Source: a virus. Taken from it: 64,000 nucleotides of DNA. The stretch spans positions 1 to 64,000 of the IMG/VR virus record IMGVR_UViG_3300036826_000261; one strand, written 5' to 3'. Both the position numbers and the translations under genes were made by a program. Shown here piece after piece: positions 18,860 to 28,146 of the stretch (position 1 is its first letter; each line of letters begins with the position of its first letter). Under the pieces are notes generated by a model. The model searched no databases. It was not told the origin of the DNA and worked only from the letters and a program-made list of their open reading frames with translations.

Positions 18860-21148
18860 ATGCCGATCAAGCCGCACAAGGGCGAGAGCCAAAGCGATTT
18901 CATGGGTCGCTGCATGCATGAGCTTGGCCAGAGCGACACCGAGCGTCCGCAGGATCAGAAGGTCGCGATCTGCATGAGCGCGTGGCGTGATGCGCATGGC
19001 GGTGAGCCGCCGAAGAAGTCGTGCGATCCGAACGACTATGACGACGATGAGCACGAAGAGTTTATGGCCGATTGTATCGATGAAGGCGGCGACGAAGACG
19101 AATGCGCAATGCGCTGGAACGAGGAACGCGGCGCAAAGCCGCCGGTGCAGCGCGTCGAGCATAAGCCACTGTATCACAAGACCCACAGCGGCACCGTGCA
19201 GGAAATGGAGTTCGTCATGTCTGACGAAACCGTTGATCGCATGGGTGATGTGATCTCGGCGAGCGGCTGGGAGCTGGAGAACTTCCACAAGAATCCGGTT
19301 TGTCTGTTCAATCACAGGGCTGATTTCCCGATCGGCCGATGGAAAAATCTGCGCGCTGAGAAAGGCGCGCTGCGCGGCTATTTGCAACTGGCACCGGAGG
19401 GCACTTCACCGCGGATCGACGAAATTCGACGGTTGGTCGAGGCCGGGATTCTGTGTTCGGTCTCGGTCGGTTTTCATCCGCTTGAAAGTGAGCCGCTCGA
19501 CAAGAAAGCCGGTTCGTTCGGCGGCATGCGTTTTCTTAAGCAGGAATTGATCGAAACTTCGCTGGTCAGCGTGCCGGCGAACCCGAATGCCTTGGCGATT
19601 GCCAAATCGCTGGGGGTCAGCTCCGCAACAATCGACGTCGTCTTCGCCAAGCACGGCAACAGAGAGGACGTCAGGACGCGGGACTTCACTGCCAAGCACG
19701 GCAACACGTCTCATGATCGAAGGGGCAGGATTATGCCCGAAGTTCAACTGTCACAACGCATTATCGATCTGCAGCAGCAGATCGCGAACCTGCAAGAAGG
19801 ATTGCAGGCGCATCTCGATAAGATGGACGACACCAATGTCAGCGATGCTGATATGCAGAAGACCAACGATTACAACGCAAGAATCACGCAGATGCGTAAC
19901 AACCTTGCGGGGTTGATCGAGTCCGAAAAGAATCTCGCCGCGTCGGTGGATTCTGTTGTCGATCAGCGGCGGCAACGCGCGCTGGCGACGACATCGATGA
20001 GCAGAGACCCGGAGATCGTCAGTCCGGCAATTCTCAGGCAGTCGAAAAAGGACTGGGAACCGATCGACTACCTCGTGCACGCAGGTGTTTGCCACGCGCT
20101 GGCGAAAATCTGCGGAACGTCGCCGCACTTCGAGATGACGCGCATCTACGGCAACGACGACGCGCACAAGACGGTGCTCGACTGGACCATGCGCGCAGCC
20201 GCAGCACCGGCCATGACGACGGTGGCCGGCTGGGCGCAGGAGCTGGTGCATCAAATCTACGCTGACATGATGGCGCTGCTGTTGCCGCAGTCGGTGTTTC
20301 CGCGGTTCTCTGCCAAGGGCATGACGCTGAGCTTCGGCAACGCCGGCAAGATTCTGCTGCCGACGCGCTCGGCAACGCCGTCGATCGCCGGCTCGTTCGT
20401 CGGTGAAGGCATGGCGATCCCGGTGCGGCAAGGTGCGTTCACCAGCCAGACCTTCACGCCGAAAAAGATGGGCGTGATCACGACTTGGACTCGCGAGATG
20501 GGCGACCACAGCATTCCCGCGATCGAGGGCGTGCTGCGTGAAGCCATCCAGCAGGACACTGCGATCTCGCTGGATTCGGTTCTACTCGACGCCAATGCGG
20601 CGACCACGATCCGTCCGGCTGGTCTCCTGAACGGTGTCGGTGCGACGACGGCGACGGCCGGCGGCGGTGTTGCGGCGGTGGTCGGCGATATCAAGGCTCT
20701 GCTTGGTTCGCTGGTCACGGCGACTAAGGGCAATGTTCGTTCCCCGGTATGGCTGATGAACCCGGTGGACATGCTGTCGGCCTCGTTGGTGTTTGCCGCC
20801 AACACTGGCACGTTCCCGTTCCGCGACGAGATCGGTCGCGGCACGCTGAACAATATCCCGATCATCGACTCGGCCACGGTGACGGCCAAGACGGTGATCC
20901 TGACCGACGCGGCGGATTTTGTCGTCATGCAAGGCGACAACGTGCGCTTCGACATCTCGGATCAGGCGACGTTGCACATGGAAGACACCAATCCGCTCGA
21001 TCTGGTGTCCGGATCGCCCGGTGTCGTGGCGTCGCCGCAGCGCTCGCTGTTCCAGACCGACAGCCTCGCGCTGCGCATGGTCTTCCCGGTGAACTGGGCG
21101 TTCCGCCGCAGCGGCATGGTCAGTTGGACCCAGAATGTGACATGGTAG
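18860..21148 (+). CDS. HK97-type prohead protease-major capsid protein fusion
   Basis: AGGAG RBS; DR.GDVI...GW, NPV.LFNH, SVSVGF and ELIETSLVSVPANP protease motifs; coiled coil, then capsid domain. Confidence 0.93.
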   Translation: MPIKPHKGESQSDFMGRCMHELGQSDTERPQDQKVAICMSAWRDAHGGEPPKKSCDPNDYDDDEHEEFMADCIDEGGDEDECAMRWNEERGAKPPVQRVEHKPLYHKTHSGTVQEMEFVMSDETVDRMGDVISASGWELENFHKNPVCLFNHRADFPIGRWKNLRAEKGALRGYLQLAPEGTSPRIDEIRRLVEAGILCSVSVGFHPLESEPLDKKAGSFGGMRFLKQELIETSLVSVPANPNALAIAKSLGVSSATIDVVFAKHGNREDVRTRDFTAKHGNTSHDRRGRIMPEVQLSQRIIDLQQQIANLQEGLQAHLDKMDDTNVSDADMQKTNDYNARITQMRNNLAGLIESEKNLAASVDSVVDQRRQRALATTSMSRDPEIVSPAILRQSKKDWEPIDYLVHAGVCHALAKICGTSPHFEMTRIYGNDDAHKTVLDWTMRAAAAPAMTTVAGWAQELVHQIYADMMALLLPQSVFPRFSAKGMTLSFGNAGKILLPTRSATPSIAGSFVGEGMAIPVRQGAFTSQTFTPKKMGVITTWTREMGDHSIPAIEGVLREAIQQDTAISLDSVLLDANAATTIRPAGLLNGVGATTATAGGGVAAVVGDIKALLGSLVTATKGNVRSPVWLMNPVDMLSASLVFAANTGTFPFRDEIGRGTLNNIPIIDSATVTAKTVILTDAADFVVMQGDNVRFDISDQATLHMEDTNPLDLVSGSPGVVASPQRSLFQTDSLALRMVFPVNWAFRRSGMVSWTQNVTW

Positions 21149-21213
21149 ACTTTACTTTACTGGTATCATACTGATAGGGTGCCCTCTGTCAACTTAAAAA
21201 CAGAGGGTATCCA

Positions 21214-21894
21214 ATGCGCCAATTGACAATCGAGAAAGGCGACAAATTCGGAAAACTTACGGTGATCCGAGAGGTTGCTAAGATTGGTCATTACCGGGCT
21301 TTCAAGCTCAAATGTGAATGCGGAAACACCACGACGGTTAAGCTCAACGCGTTGCGCAAGAAAAAACGTCCAACACTTTCGTGTGGATGTTTGCATATCG
21401 CATCCTTGGGTAATCGTCGCACACATGGGATGTCAAAGACACTGACTTATACGACATGGCTAGCGATGAAGAATCGTTGCGAAAATCTGAGCCACAAAGC
21501 CTATGTGAACTATGGTGGACGCGGCATTCGTGTTTGCAAGCGGTGGCAAAAGTTCGAGAATTTCCTCGAAGATATGGGGGAGCGACCGAACGATCAGTCT
21601 GAGATCAGTCGCATAAACAACGATGGCAATTATCAACTTGATAATTGCGAATGGACCGATGACGGGACGGCGCAGATTCGCAACCGTCGAAAACAAAAAG
21701 ATACGAGCAGTCGATTTCGTGGTGTTGATTATTGGGTGTCCAATAACAGTGTCACCGAAGGCTGGCGTGCTCGTATCACGATTGACGGCAAGCTACATCA
21801 CATCGGTCTGTTCGACCGGGAAAAGAAAGCAGCGCGTGCCTACGATGAAGTCGCGCGTTTGCATAAGGGATACATTCTCAACTTCCCGAAATGA
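21214..21894 (+). CDS. HNH-AP2 homing endonuclease-like protein
   Basis: CECG, SCGC, YGGRGI.VC..W..FENF..DMG; AP2 domain SRFRGV...WRARI...G.F..E..AA.AYD; lower GC. Confidence 0.88.
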   Translation: MRQLTIEKGDKFGKLTVIREVAKIGHYRAFKLKCECGNTTTVKLNALRKKKRPTLSCGCLHIASLGNRRTHGMSKTLTYTTWLAMKNRCENLSHKAYVNYGGRGIRVCKRWQKFENFLEDMGERPNDQSEISRINNDGNYQLDNCEWTDDGTAQIRNRRKQKDTSSRFRGVDYWVSNNSVTEGWRARITIDGKLHHIGLFDREKKAARAYDEVARLHKGYILNFPK

Positions 21895-22044
21895 AAATTA
21901 TGAACGTCGGCACTTATGCATAGGTGCCGGCGTTGAGATGTCGCGTTCCTCGTGGTGACGGAGTCCTTGACCGACACGGGGCGTCTGGGCGGAAGTGACA
22001 GCAAATGGGCTTCCGCCCCTTTTTCCCGAACAACGGAGATCATC

Positions 22045-22353
22045 ATGGCTGAACAGCATTTGAGTGAAAACGCACGGCGCGAGCTGGAGGCGAACCGCGA
22101 GGCGCGTGCCGAATCCTATCGGCAGTTCGCCGAACGCACCAAGGGCAAACCGACGCCGACGCAGGACGAGAACGATCGCGCCATGCTCGGCGAATCTTTT
22201 ATCGGTGTCGAGCACGAGCATGACGGCTCCGATCCTGATCCGAACGAGGAACAGCGTCGGCAGTTCGAAGCGCAACGCGGCGGCAGCTATCAGACGCGGC
22301 AAACGCAGGCGCGTCCGGCGCATCAGCCGTCAAAGCCGGCATCATCGAGCTAA
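22045..22353 (+). CDS. Hypothetical head-region protein
   Basis: GGAG RBS; KPTPTQ.ENDRA.LG and YQTRQ motifs. Confidence 0.75.
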   Translation: MAEQHLSENARRELEANREARAESYRQFAERTKGKPTPTQDENDRAMLGESFIGVEHEHDGSDPDPNEEQRRQFEAQRGGSYQTRQTQARPAHQPSKPASSS

Positions 22354-22417
22354 CAACAACCAAACGGCCCCGGTCTTTGCCGGGACCGTTGTCTCCAGCG
22401 CAAAGGTCCGGCATGTC

Positions 22418-23881
22418 ATGGGCGCTCGCGAGTTGCTCGCGCGTGGATTGCGCACGCTTACCAAGGCGGTCGAAGGCGCGCCGCGACCAGGGCCGTACAG
22501 TCTACCCGTTACGGGCGGCTGGCTGCCGGACGGCAGTCCGACCAACTGGTGGCAGCTCGGGCAGGACCCGAATCCGTATGGCACGCGATCGGCGATGGTG
22601 GAAGCGTGCATATCGGCCTACTCGCAGACCATCGCGATGTGCCCCGGCGATCACTGGCGCAAGAAACCCAAGGGCGGACGCGAGCGTGTCGCCAATTCGG
22701 CGCTGTCGCGCATCCTGAAGAAGCCTAACGCTTACCAGACGCCGTCCGATTTCATGCTCAATGCGGTGCGGCAGGTCTATCTCGACGGCAATGCGTACGC
22801 GCTGGCGCTGCGCAATGACCGTTTCGAAGTTTCAGAATTGCATTTGATGGACACACGGCTGTGCAAGCCGGTCGTCGCGACTACCGGTGATGTGTTCTAC
22901 CGGTTAGCCGGTAACGCCGTGATCGAGAAAATGATGCTCGACGAATACCCGCTCTTGGTGCCGCAGCGGGACGTTCTGCACATCCGCTTGCACGCCGACC
23001 GGCGATACCCGTTTCCGCTGTGGGGCCAGACGCCGTTGCTGTCGGCCGCAGCGGACATGGCGACAACGGATGCGGTGATGTCGCAACAGATTCAGTTTTA
23101 TCTGAATCAGGCGCGGCCATCGGCGGTGCTGACCACTGATCTCGATCTCGACGCCGATCAGGTAGTGGCGTTGCAGGATCGCTGGGATGAGCGGTCGCGT
23201 GCGATGGCGCAGGGCAAGACGCCGGTGTTGACTCACGGCCTGAAGGTGATGCCATGGGCGTCGGTCGGTCGCGATGCGCAGCTCGCCGAACTGTTGAAAT
23301 TCTCGAAAGAGAATATCGCGCTGGTGTTTCGCGTACCTTTGGCGGTGCTCGGGCTCGGCGGCGCGACCTTCGGATCGACCGAAGCGCTGATGCAGTTCTG
23401 GATTTCGACCGGTCTGGGATTTGCGCTCAACCATGTCGAGCAGGCGTTCGATCGGCTGTTTCAGCTCAAGGGCCAGCCGGATGAGTACACCGAGCTATCA
23501 ACCAAGGCGTTGCTGCGCTCGGCGGCCAAGGATCGCATCGAGGCGTTGAAGGAAGGCGTCATGGGCGGCATCTACTCGCCCAACGAAGCGCGCAACGAAG
23601 AGGATTTGGATAGTGTGCCGTTCGGCGACGAGCCGCGCGTGCAGCAACAAGTGGTGCCGTTGAGCGCGGCTTCAGCCATTCAACCGGGCGCAGGCGGCGC
23701 GACGGGGCCGCATCCGCCGCCCGCGCCGCCGGCCGGCGGCCAGCCGCCTGCGGGAGGCGTGCCGATCGTTTCGTCTCAACCATCTTCGAAAGCCGACAGT
23801 TATGACGATGCAGCCTCAATCGAACGGGAAAGCCGACGAATTTTTGCTGCCGCCGCCAGAGTCTACCGACATCCTACTTGA
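22418..23881 (+). CDS. Phage portal protein (HK97 family)
   Basis: V.ACI..Y.QTIA, L..PN.YQT, GNAYA, VLHIR, IA.VFRVP and SPNEAR..E.L motifs. Confidence 0.93.
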   Translation: MGARELLARGLRTLTKAVEGAPRPGPYSLPVTGGWLPDGSPTNWWQLGQDPNPYGTRSAMVEACISAYSQTIAMCPGDHWRKKPKGGRERVANSALSRILKKPNAYQTPSDFMLNAVRQVYLDGNAYALALRNDRFEVSELHLMDTRLCKPVVATTGDVFYRLAGNAVIEKMMLDEYPLLVPQRDVLHIRLHADRRYPFPLWGQTPLLSAAADMATTDAVMSQQIQFYLNQARPSAVLTTDLDLDADQVVALQDRWDERSRAMAQGKTPVLTHGLKVMPWASVGRDAQLAELLKFSKENIALVFRVPLAVLGLGGATFGSTEALMQFWISTGLGFALNHVEQAFDRLFQLKGQPDEYTELSTKALLRSAAKDRIEALKEGVMGGIYSPNEARNEEDLDSVPFGDEPRVQQQVVPLSAASAIQPGAGGATGPHPPPAPPAGGQPPAGGVPIVSSQPSSKADSYDDAASIERESRRIFAAAARVYRHPT

Positions 23882-25628
23882 TGCGTGGCGCAAGATTCTC
23901 GGCGAAACGCTGGCGGAAGAGCGCGCCAATTGGCAGCGCAGTCGCGAATTGTCGGAAGCGCGATCCGCGCAGATCATCGCCGAGCTGAAGACGCAATCGA
24001 TGCAGCTCGTCACCGAGCTGGCGACGCGCACGTTCGAGTTGGAGCGCAAGCTTGAAGCATTGGTGCATCAGAAGTTGTCCGATGCCGAAGTCATGATAAA
24101 AGATCGCTTGTCCAACTTGCGCGATGGTGCGCCCGGCGAGAAGGGTGAGCGCGGCGAGCGCGGCGAGAAAGGTGATCCGGGTGGCATCGGGTTAACAGGG
24201 CCGCAAGGCTATGCCGGTGAACGCGGCGAAAAGGGTGAACGCGGTGCTGTAGGTGCGCCCGGGCCGCAAGGATCGCAGGGCGAGCGCGGCGAGAAGGGCG
24301 AGCGCGGTGACGTTGGTACTGTCGGGGAGACGGGCGAAAAAGGTGATCGGGGCGAGCGGGGCGAACCAGGAGAAAGAGGCGAACATGGCGAAAAAGGCGA
24401 GCAAGGCGAAAAAGGCGAGCAAGGCGAAAAGGGCGAGCGCGGCGAACAAGGACCGCGCGGTGAAGCGGGTACGCCCGGGCGGCAAGGCGAAAAAGGCGAA
24501 AAAGGCGAAGCGGGCGAGGACGGCAGCGACGGACTGACCATCATCGGACCCGAAGGCCCGTGCGGGCCTTCCGGTCCGCGTGGTGAGCGCGGCGAGACCG
24601 GGCGGGAAGGTCTGCGCGGTCAGCCGGGCGCAATGGGTCCGGTCGGCGGGCAAGGCCCGCGCGGCGAACCGGGCGAGCCCGGTGCACCGGGTGCGGATGG
24701 CCCGGCAGGTCCGGCAGGCTCGGTCGGTCCAAGCGGACCACCGGGCGAGTCCGGCGCACCGGGCGATATCGGCCCGATGGGTCTGCGCGGACCTATGGGC
24801 GAGCGCGGTGAGCGCGGTGAGCGCGGCGCCAAGGGCGATCCCGGCGATATCGTGATCGGTCCGCAAGGGCCTGCAGGCGAACGTGGTGAGCGCGGCGCAC
24901 CGGGCGCGCATGGTCCGACAGGTCCGGTCGGTCCACGCGGTGAACAGGGCAAGCCGGGGCGTGACGGAGTTGACGGAGTACGCGGCGCACCGGGCGCGCA
25001 TGGTCCGACAGGTCCGGCTGGTCCGCGCGGCGAGCCGGGTCTACCTGGGCGTGACGGAGCTGACGGAGCGCGCGGCGCCGATGGCGCACGTGGCGCCGAC
25101 GGCGCGCCGGGGCGTTTGCCGCCGGTCAAGCAGTGGCAAGCCGACGTCGTGTATTATGCCGGCGACGTGGTGAGCCACGAGCGCGGATCGTATCAGGCGC
25201 TGAAAGACACCAGCCGGCAGCCGGGCCGTAATCACGATTGGATTTGCATCGCCAGCGGCGGCGTCGATGCACGGTCGCCGCATGTGCGCGGCACCTATGA
25301 TCCAACGGCCAGCTATCAGGCGCTCGACATCGTTGTCAGCAACGGCGGCAGTTTCATCGCCAGGAAAGACGATCCGGGCGAGCTGCCGGGCGACGGCTGG
25401 CAATTGATGGCGCGGCAAGGCCAGCGCGGCGTTGCCGGCGAGAAGGGCGAACGCGGCGAGCCCGGCGCACCGGGAGCGAAAGGCGAGCCCGGCGAGGTGG
25501 TGTTCAAGGGCTGGACCCATGACTGGAAAAACTTCGTTGCCGTGCCGCTGATGGCCGATGGCAAGCGTGGTCCGACCTTGGAGCTGCGCGGTTACTTCGA
25601 GCAATTCCAGAAAGACACCGATGGCTGA
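23802..25628 (+). CDS. Collagen-like (Gly-X-Y) virion protein
   Basis: Long GEKGERG/GPXG tracts; C-terminal Y..GDVV...GS and GTYDP...Y..LDIV modules. Confidence 0.88.
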   Translation: MTMQPQSNGKADEFLLPPPESTDILLDAWRKILGETLAEERANWQRSRELSEARSAQIIAELKTQSMQLVTELATRTFELERKLEALVHQKLSDAEVMIKDRLSNLRDGAPGEKGERGERGEKGDPGGIGLTGPQGYAGERGEKGERGAVGAPGPQGSQGERGEKGERGDVGTVGETGEKGDRGERGEPGERGEHGEKGEQGEKGEQGEKGERGEQGPRGEAGTPGRQGEKGEKGEAGEDGSDGLTIIGPEGPCGPSGPRGERGETGREGLRGQPGAMGPVGGQGPRGEPGEPGAPGADGPAGPAGSVGPSGPPGESGAPGDIGPMGLRGPMGERGERGERGAKGDPGDIVIGPQGPAGERGERGAPGAHGPTGPVGPRGEQGKPGRDGVDGVRGAPGAHGPTGPAGPRGEPGLPGRDGADGARGADGARGADGAPGRLPPVKQWQADVVYYAGDVVSHERGSYQALKDTSRQPGRNHDWICIASGGVDARSPHVRGTYDPTASYQALDIVVSNGGSFIARKDDPGELPGDGWQLMARQGQRGVAGEKGERGEPGAPGAKGEPGEVVFKGWTHDWKNFVAVPLMADGKRGPTLELRGYFEQFQKDTDG

Positions 25629-26280
25629 ATACACGGTCAAGGTTCTGGTGCCGGCCACCGGCACTGATCTGTTGACGCTTGACGAAGCCAAGATGTGGCT
25701 GGGCATCACTGCGGGCGACACCTCGCAAGATGCGCTGATCGCAAGCTTGATCGACGTGTTTTCCGAAGAGATCGCCGAGCGACTCAACCGGCATCCGACG
25801 GTGACGATCGGCTATGAGGAAGTGCAAGAGACATGGCGCGATACGCAGAACGGCCGGATTCATCTGTCGCATTATCCGGTCAAGCAAGCCGATCTCATCA
25901 GCGTGTCGGACGCCGGTGTGATGCTGACGCCAGATCAGTACGAGCTTGCCGAGAACTCCGGCAAGCTGTCCAATATCAGTGTCGGCGGCGCCGAGCCGGT
26001 GAGTTGGACGCATCCGGTCGTGGTGCACTACAAGGGCGGCTACGCGTTGCCGGACGACTGCCCATTTCCACTGAAACGCGCGGTGGTGCTGTTGATCCGT
26101 GAGGAACGGATTCGCATGGTGCAGATGCAGACCGCCGGCATTCGTCAGATTTCGCACAAGGAAAGCCGGGTGGCGTTCTTCGATCCGAACGCGCTGTTGA
26201 TTCACTCGGCCAGCGCCAAGTCGCCGACGCTGCAGGCGCTCGACAGCATTCTGTATCACTACATGCGGTTCCCGGTCTGA
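25621..26280 (+). CDS. Head-tail connector protein (gp6-like)
   Basis: DLLTLDEAK..LGI and Y.GGY.LP...P..LK.AV motifs. Confidence 0.8.
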   Translation: MAEYTVKVLVPATGTDLLTLDEAKMWLGITAGDTSQDALIASLIDVFSEEIAERLNRHPTVTIGYEEVQETWRDTQNGRIHLSHYPVKQADLISVSDAGVMLTPDQYELAENSGKLSNISVGGAEPVSWTHPVVVHYKGGYALPDDCPFPLKRAVVLLIREERIRMVQMQTAGIRQISHKESRVAFFDPNALLIHSASAKSPTLQALDSILYHYMRFPV

Positions 26281-26648
26281 TGTTCAACATCGAAGCGCGC
26301 ACCGAGAAGATCATCGAACGGTTCGATGCGATGACCGAGAAGCTCGACACGTTCGGGGCTACCGACATGCCGAACGAGCTGACCGCTTGGCAGGTCGAGG
26401 ACATGCACCGGAGATATCCGGAAACCAAGGTAGAAGAGGATCAGGCGAGCACGGAGATTTTCCCGCGTTCGCGCACTTATGCGCAGACGCATCCGCATCG
26501 GGTGGCGAAGCCACGGCGACAGATCGCCGCGATGCCGGTGCTGCGTCGTCAAACGAAATTGCAGCATCCGGTGCTGCGTCAGGCGCTGCTCGACATGCTG
26601 CATACGCGCATGGCCACGCTGCTCAACGGAAAGATCACATGGCGATAA
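26280..26648 (+). CDS. Hypothetical neck-region protein
   Basis: Translationally coupled within the neck gene block. Confidence 0.65.
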   Translation: MFNIEARTEKIIERFDAMTEKLDTFGATDMPNELTAWQVEDMHRRYPETKVEEDQASTEIFPRSRTYAQTHPHRVAKPRRQIAAMPVLRRQTKLQHPVLRQALLDMLHTRMATLLNGKITWR

Positions 26649-27025
26649 ATTTCTCGGTGACGAACTATCTGCCGGCGCAGAACATCTTCGGGCGCAGCAT
26701 CACGGTCTACCCGATCAAGTCACAGCCGGGCGAGCCGGCTTATGTCGCTCGCGGCATTCTGGAAACGCGCGGCACCGCGATCCAGACCGATGCCGGCATG
26801 GTGGTGATGTCGGATCAGGAAACCATTCTGGATATCCGTGAAGCCGAGTTCGGCGTGATGCCGGTGCAAGGCGACTTGATCGAGATTCCGGCCGAGAACA
26901 GCATTCCGGCGGCGGGCACCTTCGAGATCACCGATGCGGCGTGGAATGGTGGCGGTGAAGTGACGTTGACGATCCGGCGCTACGAGCCGCCATCGAACAC
27001 CTTCGTGATTCCCACAGCGAGCTGA
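26639..27025 (+). CDS. Head-tail joining protein (lambda gpFII-like)
   Basis: Beta-rich; P.QGD.I and GGGEVTL motifs; position. Confidence 0.7.
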   Translation: MAINFSVTNYLPAQNIFGRSITVYPIKSQPGEPAYVARGILETRGTAIQTDAGMVVMSDQETILDIREAEFGVMPVQGDLIEIPAENSIPAAGTFEITDAAWNGGGEVTLTIRRYEPPSNTFVIPTAS

Positions 27026-27738
27026 TGCGGCTTCCTCCGGAAAACATCGACACCGGCAACACCGGCACGATCCTGGACACCCAAAGCTATGCCTGGGTGC
27101 TGCTCGATTGGGTGTTCAATCGGCTGTCGAATGATCCGTTTTTTGTCAACTTCACGGTGGCGCGGATTTCGTCGGCGCTGCCGGTCGAGGTGTGGAATCA
27201 GGTGCCGTTTCTCGGGGTGTTTCTCACCGACGAACCACTGACGCCGGACAGCGCGATCAACCAGACAACGGTTCGGTTCGCGCACAGTGTGCAGATTGGT
27301 TTTCAGATCATCCTGCGCAACAACGACAGCGACAAGCTTCTGAAAGACCTTGATGCGGTGTCGTGGTTCATTCTGCGCACGCTGTTGCGCGACAGCGACT
27401 TGACCAACATGTTCGACAACGCGTCCGGGGCGGCGTTCGAGGGCTTTACGAGTGGCCGGGTGTCGAAGCCGCGTTATGGTCTTTCCGGCAGCAAGAACGA
27501 AACGCCGGTCGCGGAACGCGTGGTCAGTCTGACCTTCCGGTTCGTGACGATCTGGGCGCCGTACGGTTTCGACGATCTCGATCAGATTGTAGTGACGACG
27601 GCGTTTCCGATCGGCGGCACTGCGCAGGAGCAGGCGGCGGTCGAGCAGGTCACGCTGGTTTACGATTTCACCGAACAGACAGTCACACGCAAGGCTTTTG
27701 GGCGCGCGACCAGCATCGGCCGGGCGCAAGGCGTCTAA
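27025..27738 (+). CDS. Putative tail completion/terminator protein
   Basis: Position before the sheath gene; size. Confidence 0.6.
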   Translation: MRLPPENIDTGNTGTILDTQSYAWVLLDWVFNRLSNDPFFVNFTVARISSALPVEVWNQVPFLGVFLTDEPLTPDSAINQTTVRFAHSVQIGFQIILRNNDSDKLLKDLDAVSWFILRTLLRDSDLTNMFDNASGAAFEGFTSGRVSKPRYGLSGSKNETPVAERVVSLTFRFVTIWAPYGFDDLDQIVVTTAFPIGGTAQEQAAVEQVTLVYDFTEQTVTRKAFGRATSIGRAQGV

Positions 27739-27750
27739 CAACATCAGGAG

Positions 27751-28119
27751 GTGGTCATGGTGGACGAACAGATGAATGCTGGATTGGCAGAGCGCGAGCA
27801 GCGCAAGGCTGAGCGTGTGAAGCGGGTGCGTGAAACGGCCGGCTTGCCGCCGGTGCGCGTGCTGCCGGCCAATGATCTGATGCGCAAGCATCTGCGGCAT
27901 CCGTCCAACAAAATCGGTTTTCGCGCCGAGGGCAGTGCCGAGTGGCCCAATGACAGCTTCACGCAGATGCGTTTGCGCGACGGCGATATCACGTTGGAGG
28001 AAAAGCCGGCCGGACAGGAAGCTGGCACGCAGCCGCAACCGCAGCCTGAAGCATCGCAAGGGCACGCCGAGACGCACAGCAGTCAAGGATCAGCACAGGG
28101 CGGTGAGCCCACCACCTGA
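27751..28119 (+). CDS. Mu gp38/DUF2635-like protein
   Basis: EWPNDSFT..RLRDGDI motif directly before the sheath gene; AGGAGG RBS. Confidence 0.7.
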   Translation: MVMVDEQMNAGLAEREQRKAERVKRVRETAGLPPVRVLPANDLMRKHLRHPSNKIGFRAEGSAEWPNDSFTQMRLRDGDITLEEKPAGQEAGTQPQPQPEASQGHAETHSSQGSAQGGEPTT

Positions 28120-28146
28120 CAACTCTAACTTCTTTGGAGGGCTAAC

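Noticed and set aside
24120-25110. Tandem repeats as a non-coding array
   Set aside because: Period-9 collagen Gly-X-Y coding repeats.
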